Under the pieces are notes generated by a model. The model had not been told where the DNA came from. It saw only the letters and a program-made list of their open reading frames with translations, and searched no databases. A stretch of DNA of 7,267 nt from Octopus sinensis (Eukaryota), in NCBI RefSeq assembly GCF_006345805.1, contig NW_021828932.1:1-7267 (forward strand), read 5' to 3'. This document shows, piece by piece, positions 1-7,267 of this stretch. Within the stretch, counting starts at the first letter, position 1, and the number at the start of each line of letters is the position of its first letter. A program made the position numbers and the translations under genes.

Positions 1-77
1 CTCTTCTACAGGAAGGACACAGAAAAAAACAAGGAGAGAAAAATATGTGTGTAGTGGCTAACGATCTATCATGGCGT
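1..77 (-). repeat. Fragment of an interspersed repeat running off the window edge (possibly Penelope-like derived)
   Basis: The minus strand reads acgccatgatagatcgttagccactacacacatatttttctctccttg...cctgtagaagag. I recall a similar abundant octopus repeat that continues 'cgtaggctcgaaacg'. Recall only, and the continuation lies outside the window. Confidence 0.3.
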
Positions 78-169
78 CTGATATATATATTATATTTGAT
101 TTTTGTGTGTGGTTTATTAATTATATTCCTCAAGTTTCTGCTTGCATTGCCTCCATTCAGATATTAAAT

Positions 170-173
<4 letters not shown>

Positions 174-218
<45 letters not shown>
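174..218. repeat. (TA)n microsatellite
   Basis: Nearly pure TA run, seen directly. Confidence 0.97.
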
Positions 219-220
219 AT

Positions 221-290
221 GGTGGTGCCCCAGCATGGCCACAGCTCATTAGCTGAAACTAGAAAAATCAAAATCAAAATCAAAAATCAA
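221..290 (+). mobile_element. Isolated 3' tail fragment related to SINE family A, followed by (AAATC)n-like tail
   Basis: ggtggtgccccagcatggccacagctcattagctgaaac aligns with ggcggtgctccagcatggccacagtcaaaatgactgaaac at the 3' end of the 6397-6808 element. It is followed by aaaatcaaaatcaaaatc. Confidence 0.75.
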
Positions 291-304
291 TATATATTAC
301 ATAT

Positions 305-335
<31 letters not shown>

Positions 336-360
336 TATATATATTAATATATATATATAT
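291..360. repeat. Interrupted (TA)n microsatellite
   Basis: Seen directly. Confidence 0.95.
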
Positions 361-581
361 TCGGCCTGACTGGCCTTCGTGCCGGTGGCACATAAAAGCA
401 CCCACTACACTCTTGGAGTGGTTCGTGTAAGGAAGGGCATCCAGCTGTAGAAACTCTGCCAGATCAGATTGGAGCCTAGTACAGCCATCTGGTTCACCAG
501 ACCTCAGTCAAATCGTCCAACCTATGCTAGCATGGAAAGCAGGCGTTAAACAATGATGATGATGATGATGATGATGATGAT
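361..581 (+). mobile_element. SINE-like retroelement 3' portion (family D) with (ATG)n tail, possibly RTE-mobilised
   Basis: Unique GC-richer block with short hairpins (ggcc-tgact-ggcc 363-375, gtgcc-ggt-ggcac 379-391, cactc-ttg-gagtg 408-420) and the motif aggaagggcatccagc (~430-445), which I recall from RTE-related SINEs. It ends in a simple (ATG)n tail at 553-581, typical of retroposons. Confidence 0.65.
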
Positions 582-620
582 ATATATATACACACACACA
601 CACACATCTATACATATATA
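553..620. repeat. Compound (ATG)n-(TA)n-(CA)n microsatellite
   Basis: Seen directly. It forms the junction between two oppositely oriented SINE pieces. Confidence 0.95.
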
Positions 621-621
621 C

Positions 622-783
622 GACGGGCTTCTTTCAGTTTCTGCCTACCAAATCCACTCACAAGGCTTTGGTCGGCCCGAGGCTATGTTAGAAGACACTT
701 GCCCAAGGTGCCACGCAGTGGGACTGAACCCTGAACAATGTGGCTGGTAAGCAAGCTATTTACCACACAGCCACACCTGCTCC
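622..783 (-). mobile_element. tRNA-derived SINE family A, 5' half only (head plus CORE-like segment)
   Basis: The reverse complement has a Pol III A-box (tggctgtgtgg), a B-box (gggttcagtccc), then ggcaccttgggcaagtgtctt (CORE-like) through gaagcccgtc. It is colinear with the plus-strand copies at 5650 and 6397 and stops at the internal microsatellite. Confidence 0.88.
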
Positions 784-829
784 CATTTGATCACTATAAG
801 CACAAACCATCTCTGCAGGTTGGTCTGCA

Positions 830-1017
830 AGAAAATGCTTAGCAGTATTTCGTCTGCTGTTACGTTCTGAGTTCAAATTCTGCTGAGATTGACTTTGCCT
901 TTGAATCTTTTGGGGTCGGTTAAATAAGAACCAGTAATGCACTTGGGTCGATGTAATTGACTTAATCCCTTTGTTTGGCCCCTCTGTGTTTAGCCCCCCT
1001 GTGTGCAATAAAGAAAT
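830..1017 (+). mobile_element. tRNA-derived SINE family B (5' degraded)
   Basis: B-box-like gagttcaaattc (869-880), central gactttgccttt...ggggtcggttaaataagaaccag, then gggtcgatgtaattgac and an A-rich end (caataaagaaata). No clear A-box, so the 5' boundary is approximate. Confidence 0.7.
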
Positions 1018-1057
1018 ATATATATGTGTGTGCATGTGCTTATGTATATATATATGT

Positions 1058-1361
1058 GGAGGTACAATGGCCCAGTGGTTAGGGCAGCCGACTCGCGGTT
1101 GTAGGATCACGGTTTCGGTTTCCCAGACCGGGTGTTATGAGTGTTTATTGAGCGAAAACACCTAAAAGCTACACGAGGCTCCGGCAGGGGGTGGTGGTGA
1201 TCCCTGCTGTACTCTTTCACCACACTTTCTCCCACTCTTTCTTCTGTTGGCCTGCTTGCTTAGCCAGCGGGGTGGTGTCACTTGAAGGCTAAAACAATGC
1301 GAAGCGCATTGTGACCAGAGATGTGTAGCAACATCTGATAGCCTGGTTGATCAAGGTGATC
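1058..1361 (+). mobile_element. tRNA-derived SINE family C, copy 1 (intact head, tail type X)
   Basis: A-box tggcccagtgg (1068-1078) and a degenerate B-box (gtttcggtttccc). Body is shared with the copies at 1387 and 1703; tail is shared with copy 2. Confidence 0.85.
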
Positions 1362-1386
1362 TATATATATGTGAGTGTGTGTATGT

Positions 1387-1666
1387 GGCAGCGCAATGGC
1401 CCAGTGGACTCGCAGTCGTAGGATCACAGTTTCGATTCCCAGACCGGGCGTTATTGAGCGAAAACACCTAAAGCTCCACGAGGCTCCAGCAGGGGGTGGT
1501 GGTGATCCCTGCTGTACTCTTTCACCACTCTTTCTCTCACTCTTTCTTCTGTTGGCCTGCTTGCTTAGCCAGCGGGGTGGTGTCACTTGAAGGCTAAAAC
1601 AATGCGAAGCGCATTGTGACCAGCGATGTTTAGCAACATCTGATAGCCTGGTCGATCACAGTGATC
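1387..1666 (+). mobile_element. SINE family C, copy 2 (deleted head, tail type X)
   Basis: Head nearly identical to copy 3, including 12-nt and 10-nt deletions relative to copy 1. The 3' half is nearly identical to copy 1. B-box gtttcgattccc. Confidence 0.85.
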
Positions 1667-1702
1667 ACATTGATACATATATATATGTGAATGTGTGTGT
1701 GT

Positions 1703-2060
1703 GGCAGCGCAAGGGCTCAGTGGACTCGCAGTCGTAGGATCACAGTTTCGATTCCCAGACCGGGCGTTATTGAGCGAAAACACCTAAAGCTCCATGAGGC
1801 TCTGGCAGGGGATGGTGGTGAACCCTGCCGTACTCTTTAACCACAACTTTCTCTCACTCTTTCTTCCTGTTTCTGTTGTACATGTATTTTCAAAAGGGCC
1901 AGCCTGTCACACTCTGTGTCACGCTGAATCTCCCCGAGAACTACGTTAGGGGTACACGTGTCTGTGGAGTACTCAGCCACTTGCATGTTAATTTTACGAG
2001 CAGGCTGTTTTGTTGATCGGATCAACTGGAACCCTCATCATCATAACTAACGGACTTCCG
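1703..2060 (+). mobile_element. SINE family C, copy 3 (deleted head, tail type Y)
   Basis: Same head as copy 2. It diverges after ctctcactctttcttc into an unrelated ~190-nt tail ending in the gttgatc-g-gatcaac hairpin (2012-2026) and catcatcataac. Confidence 0.82.
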
Positions 2061-2089
2061 CGATATATATATATAAAAAGATAAATAAA

Positions 2090-3770
2090 TACATACATAC
2101 ACACACACTCACGTATGTATACCTGACATACATGTATACACATACACACATACACATGCATACACACACATGCACACACAGACTTGCCTAAACATTCATA
2201 TACACACACACACGCACACGCACACACGCACACGCACACACGCACACGCACACACACATGTATACATATACACACATACACACACAATGCACACACAGAC
2301 TTGCATAAACATTCATATTCACACACGCACACAGACACACACACACACGTATATACATATACACACATTCACACACATACATACACACACATGCTCACAC
2401 AGACTTGCCTAAACATTCATATTCACGCACGCACACACACACACACATGTATACATATACACACATACACACACACACACATGTATACATATACACACAT
2501 TCACACACATACATACACACACATGCTCACACAGACTTGCCTAAACATTCATATTCACGCACACACACACACACATGTATACATATACACACATACACAC
2601 ACACACACATGTATACATATACACACATTCACACACATACATACACACACATGCTCACACAGACTTGCCTAAACATTCATATTCACGCACACACACACAC
2701 ACATGTATACATATACACACACACACACATATATACATATACACACATTCACACACATACATACACACACATGCTCACACAGACTTGCCTAAACATTCAT
2801 ATTCACGCACACACACAGACACACACACACACATGTATACATATACACACATACACACACATACATACACACACATACATACACACACATGCTCACACAG
2901 ACTTGCCTAAACATTCATATTCACGCACACACACCCACACACATGTATACATATACACATATACACACACATACATACACACACATACATACACACACAT
3001 GCTCACACAGACTTGCCTAAACATTCATATTCACGCACACACACAGACACACACACACACATGTATACATATACACACATACACACACATACATACACAC
3101 ACATACATACACACACATGCTCACACAGACTTGCCTAAACATTCATATTCACGCACACACACCCACACACATGTATACATATACACACATACACACACAT
3201 ACATACACACACATGCTCACACAGACTTGCCTAAACATTCATATTCACGCACACACACACACACACATGTATACATATACACACTACACACACACACCAC
3301 ATGTATACATATACAATACACACATTCACACACATACATACACACACATGCTCCACACACTTGCCTAAACATTCATATTCACGCACCACACCACACACAC
3401 TGTATACATATACACACATACACCACACACACATGTATACATATACACACATCACACACATACATACACACACATGCTCACACAGACTTGCCTAAACATT
3501 CAATTCACGCACAACACACACACACATGTATACATATACACACATACACACACACACACGTATATACATATACACACATTCACACACATACATACACACA
3601 CATGCTCACACAGACTTGCCTAAACATTCATATTCACGCACACACACACACACATGTATACATATACACACATACACACACATACATACACACACATACA
3701 TACACACACATGCACACACACATACATGTATACATATACACATACCCACATATGTACATATGCCTATGTG
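2090..3770. repeat. Compound CA-rich minisatellite: 13 copies of a 40-nt core embedded in variable (CA)/(CATA) runs, mean period about 119 bp
   Basis: Core atgctcacacagacttgcctaaacattcatattcacgcac. The 'gacttgc' position falls at 2181, 2298, 2402, 2534, 2662, 2782, 2900, 3010, 3128, 3224, ~3358 (variant), 3485 and 3613. Confidence 0.96.
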
Positions 3771-3882
3771 TAAACCACCACCGACCACACCAGCGCTGAT
3801 AATTAGGTGATGTTTTGTTCACAGGAGTTCACTGACATCTTTGTCTTTTCAAGTGTTATCCATAATTTGATGAGCCCATAAC

Positions 3883-4558
3883 GATGACAGTGATTATGAT
3901 GAGGATGATGATGATGGTAGTGGTGGTGGTGGTGGTGGTGATTATAATGAGGATGATGGTGATGATGATGATGGTGGTGGTGGTAGTGGTGGTATTGGTG
4001 GTGGTGATGATGGTGATGATGATGATGATGACGACGACGATGACGATGATGATGGTGGTAGTGGTGGTGGTGGTGATTATGATGAGGATGATGGTGATGA
4101 TGATGGTGATGATGATGATGATGACGACGACGATGAACGTGATGATGGGGGGGTAGTGGGTGGTGGTGGTGATTATGATGAGGATGATGGTGATGATGAT
4201 GGTGATGATGATGATGATGACGACGACGATGACGATGATGATGGTGGTAGTGGTGGTGGTGGTGATTATGATGAGGATGATGGTGATGATGATGATGATG
4301 ATGATGGTGATTATGATGATGATGATGATGATGACGACGATGATGATGGTGGTGGTGGTGGTGGTGGCTGTGGTGATGATGGTGATGATGGTGATGATGA
4401 TGATGATGACGACGACAATGACGGTGATGATAATGATGATGATGATGGTGATTATGATGTTGATGATGGTGATGATGATAATGATGTTGAATGATGGTGA
4501 TGATAATGATGTTGATGATGGTGATTATGATGTTGATGATGGTGATGATGATGATGAT
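3883..4558. repeat. Compound triplet array (GAT/GGT/GAC)n with recurring gattatgatgaggatgat marker and 93-bp higher-order unit
   Basis: Marker at 3892, 3940 (variant), 4075, 4171 and 4264. The rest is GAT, GGT and GAC triplets. Confidence 0.95.
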
Positions 4559-4617
4559 GCTCTTACTTCCATCCTCATTCGCCTCCCCAGCCTCCTTTGT
4601 AGTGGGGCAGCAGAAGG

Positions 4618-4725
4618 CTGGTGGTGGTGGTGGGAGGAAATTAGGTTGAACAGGCATGGTGGTGGTGGTGGTGGTGGTGGTAATGGGTGGGTGGGATTAG
4701 ATGGGTGATCGGTGTTGGGGGGGGG
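4618..4725 (+). repeat. G-rich tract: (GGT)n runs, canonical G-quadruplex motif (4685-4705) and G9 (4717-4725)
   Basis: gggtgggtgggattagatggg fits G3-N1-G3-N1-G3-N7-G3. Confidence 0.7.
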
Positions 4726-4800
4726 CGGTTGTGTGTGATTGTTATTGAGATGGAAATGTGTGAAGCAATTTCGGCTTATTTATTTTCCTTTGTAGTTTGT

Positions 4801-4864
4801 GGATTATATACACTCTCCTCCGCTCCCAAATTTCAAACCTTGTGCCTTTAGTAGAGAGGATTAT
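4801..4864 (+). mobile_element. Possible 3' end fragment of another SINE subfamily
   Basis: ctcccaaatttcaaaccttgtgcctttagtagagaggattat resembles an octopus SINE 3' end as I recall it, and leads directly into a microsatellite. There is no second copy in the window to confirm it. Confidence 0.35.
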
Positions 4865-5252
4865 GTATGTATGTATGTGTGTATGTATCTATGTATGTAT
4901 GTGTGGGTGTGTTGATGTATGTATGTTGTATGTAGTATGTATGTATGTATGTATGTATGTATTATGTATTCTGTCTGTATGTATGTATGTATGTATGATA
5001 TGTGGTGTGTGTGTGGTGCATCTATGTGTGTATGTATGTGTTTATGTGTGATGTCATGTATGTGTGTTTTGTATGTATGTATGTGTGCATGGATGTATGT
5101 ATGTATGTATGTGTGTGTGTATGTGTGTGTGTATGTGTGTGTATGTATGTATGTATGTATGTATGTATGTGTGTATGTATGTATGTATGTATGTATGTGT
5201 GTATGTACAAATGTATGTTTGCATGTATATATGTATATATGCATGTGTGCAC

Positions 5253-5287
<35 letters not shown>

Positions 5288-5452
5288 TATGTGTTTGTGC
5301 ATGTATATGTATGTGTGCACGTATGCATGCATGTATGTATGAACGTATGTATGTGTTTGTGCATATATATATGTGCACGTATGTATGTATATATGTATGT
5401 ATGTATGTATGTAATATGAATGTATGTATGTGTGCATGTATGTATGTCTTTG
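4864..5452. repeat. Compound (GTAT)n/(GT)n microsatellite array
   Basis: Seen directly. Confidence 0.96.
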
Positions 5453-5540
5453 TCTATATGCCTGTCTCTCTGTCTCTATATCTGTCTATCTACCCATCCA
5501 TCTATCCATCCATCCATCCATCTATCTCTCTGTCTGTCTA
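5453..5540. repeat. (TCTA)/(TCCA)/(TCTG) tetranucleotide tract
   Basis: Seen directly (tatctatctacccatccatctatccatccatccatcc). Confidence 0.9.
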
Positions 5541-5626
5541 TTTGCTCGACTAAAGGCGGTGCTACAGCATGGCCACAGCCAAATGACTGAAACAAATAAA
5601 GGAATAAAAGAATAATAATAATAATA
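5540..5626 (+). mobile_element. SINE family A, terminal 3' fragment with (AAT)n tail
   Basis: atttgctcgactaaaggcggtgctacagcatggccacagccaaatgactgaaacaa matches the 3' ends at ~5953-6010 and ~6733-6795. Confidence 0.85.
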
Positions 5627-5649
5627 CAACGGTAATGTAGTATGATCAG

Positions 5650-6027
5650 TTAAGTAACTTGCTTACGAACCACATGGTTCCGGGTTCAGTCCCACTGTGT
5701 GGCACCTTGGGCAAGTGTCTTCTACTATAGCCTCAGGCCGATCGAAGCCTTGTGAGTGGATTTGGTAAATGGAAACTGAAAGAAGCCCGTCATATTTATT
5801 ATTTATATGTGTGTGTTTGTGTGTCTGCGTTTGTCCTCCTAACATCGCTTGACAACCGATGCTGGTGTGTTTATGTCCCCGTAAATTAGCGGTTCGGCAA
5901 AAGAGCCTGATAGAATAAGTACTAGGCTTACAAAGAATAAGTCCTGGGGTCGATTTGCTCGACTAAAGGCAGTGCTCCAGCATGACCACAGTCAAATGAC
6001 TGAAACAAGTACAAGAGTAAAGAGAAT
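5650..6027 (+). mobile_element. SINE family A, near full length (A-box lost or degraded)
   Basis: B-box gggttcagtccc (5682-5693), CORE-like ggcaccttgggcaag, internal TA/TG microsatellite (~5792-5825), 3' half and aagagtaaagag tail. Colinear with 6397-6808. Confidence 0.9.
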
Positions 6028-6396
6028 ATGATAAAATGCAGTTTGTTAATCACAAGCATAGACACAGCTTGTACAGAAAATGCAAACGGCTCAATAATTG
6101 ATCAATAAAGTTAATTAATCAATGCATCAGATACAACTCATACTATATCGAGATCAGACAGAAAATTCTGATAAGATTACAGGTGCTATACAACTCCACT
6201 TTCAAATCAACAACTGTTCATTATAATGTGATTGTCAGATCTGTAAATAAAAGGGAAAGAAGTGGTAATTGAGCACTACATTTGTTTCAAGGGTACACCA
6301 GATGCATCTTATGTAACATTATGAATTCTTTGTAGCTGTGCAGTGTATTTTTCCATAATGTACCTACAACTGTTTAGATATATATCTATATATAAT

Positions 6397-6808
6397 GAGC
6401 ATAGGCATGGCTGTGTGGTAAGAAGCATATTTCCCAACTACATAGTTCTGGGTTCAGTCCCACTGTGTGGAAACTTGGGCAAGTGTCTTCTACTATAGCC
6501 TCGGGCCAACCAAAGCCTTGTGAGTGGATTTGGTAGATGGAAACTGAAAGGAGCCCATCACATATATGTATATGTATATATGTATGTGTGTATATGTTTG
6601 TGTGTCTGTGTTTGTCTCCCCAACATCGCTTGACCACCGATGCTGGTGTGTTTACGTTCCCGTAACTTAGCGGTTCGACAAAAGAGACTGATAGAATAAG
6701 TACTAGGCTTCCAAAGAATAAGTCCTGGGGTTGATTTGCTCGACTAAAAGGCGGTGCTCCAGCATGGCCACAGTCAAAATGACTGAAACAAGTAAAAGGG
6801 TAAAATAG
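6397..6808 (+). mobile_element. SINE family A, full length
   Basis: A-box tggctgtgtgg (6408-6418), B-box gggttcagtccc (6450-6461), CORE-like segment, internal microsatellite (~6560-6610), 3' domain and A-rich tail. No clear target-site duplication seen. Confidence 0.92.
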
Positions 6809-6993
6809 TATGAGTTGAAGAAACAGAACAATAGAGTAATTGTATTTTGCAATCAACAGACACATTTGCCTAATCCCAGGCAGAATTAAAACCATCAGCA
6901 TTCTTCATTGGCGCTTCATAGCAAAATCCAAACGTGGACACAAATTACATTCATACATCCCTAACTGATATATACAGTATATTTTATTCAAAA

Positions 6994-7267
6994 CTAGCAG
7001 TATCGCCCGGCATTGCTCGGGTTTGTTTCGACCCTTTAGAATTGGAATTTTTGAAAAGTAAAAATTTTGCATCATGTAGCTTGTTATTCTCTTTAAGTGA
7101 ACATTTTTCTGGTTGAAATACACCAAAAAATGGCGACACAGCAGTAAGAAATCGTAAAAAATAGGGATTTTCATAGAAAAAAAAGCAACTTTTTGATGTA
7201 AATAATTTTTGGTGTTAACATGGTCCGATTTGAATTTTATCTTCTAACGGAATGAAGAGCAAGCCTT
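6994..7267 (-). mobile_element. Probable Helitron (rolling-circle) 3' end; the element continues beyond the window
   Basis: The minus strand ends cccgagcaatgccggg (GC-rich imperfect hairpin, 7006-7021), 8 nt, CTAG (6994-6997), then flanking T. This is the canonical hairpin-CTRR-T Helitron terminus. The interior is AT-rich and non-coding, and the 5' TC end is not visible. Confidence 0.6.

Noticed and set aside
553-1783. Short ORFs overlapping SINEs (e.g. DGLLSVSAYQIHSQGFG, also at 5663-5845 and 6386-6901)
   Set aside because: The recurring peptides simply reflect repeated SINE copies. No protein domain is recognisable.
2170-3641. CRISPR-like array (constant 40-nt repeat with spacers)
   Set aside because: The spacers are near-identical CA microsatellites, not unique sequences. 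Their lengths vary widely, there are no cas genes, and the context is eukaryotic.
2170-3822. Long His/Thr-rich and Cys/Val-rich ORFs (up to 464 aa)
   Set aside because: These are read-throughs of (CA)n/(TG)n, which lack stop codons. ORFs appear in several frames on both strands.
3803-4708. Poly-His (284 aa, minus strand), poly-Met/Val and poly-Asp/Gly ORFs
   Set aside because: These are translations of one triplet microsatellite in different frames. The Asp/Gly frame has upstream stops and internal frameshifts.
4775-4800. Plus-strand acceptor-like ttattttcctttgtag
   Set aside because: It leads straight into a putative SINE remnant and a microsatellite, with no supported exon or donor.
4797-5553. 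MYVC/HTYI-repeat ORFs
   Set aside because: Translations of (GTAT)n/(ATAC)n.
6397-6470. tRNA gene (also heads at 700-783, 1058-1130, 5650-5700)
   Set aside because: A and B boxes are present but there is no complete cloverleaf or T-run terminator. Each continues into a shared SINE body.
6380-6815. Target-site duplications around the full-length SINE
   Set aside because: The flanks (tatatataat versus tagtatgag) show no clear direct repeat.
6810-6990. Possible small exon in unique sequence
   Set aside because: No convincing acceptor and donor pair, and no recognisable peptide on either strand.

Overview
Non-coding, repeat-saturated eukaryotic genomic DNA (intronic or intergenic), probably from an octopus/cephalopod. 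That assignment is inferred from recalled SINE consensus sequences and is not verified. No protein-coding gene is supportable: the listed ORFs are read-throughs of microsatellites or SINEs. The window holds fragments and near-full copies of about four SINE-like families; a three-copy tandem SINE cluster whose middle copy looks like a recombinant of its neighbours; a ~1.7 kb compound CA-rich minisatellite with 13 copies of a 40-nt core; a ~680 bp GAT/GGT/GAC triplet array with a 93-bp higher-order unit; a ~590 bp GTAT/GT array; and a probable Helitron 3' end at the right edge. One strong minus-strand splice acceptor (6240/6241) hints at a host transcript. I found no convincing novel gene system; the notable features are in repeat architecture.
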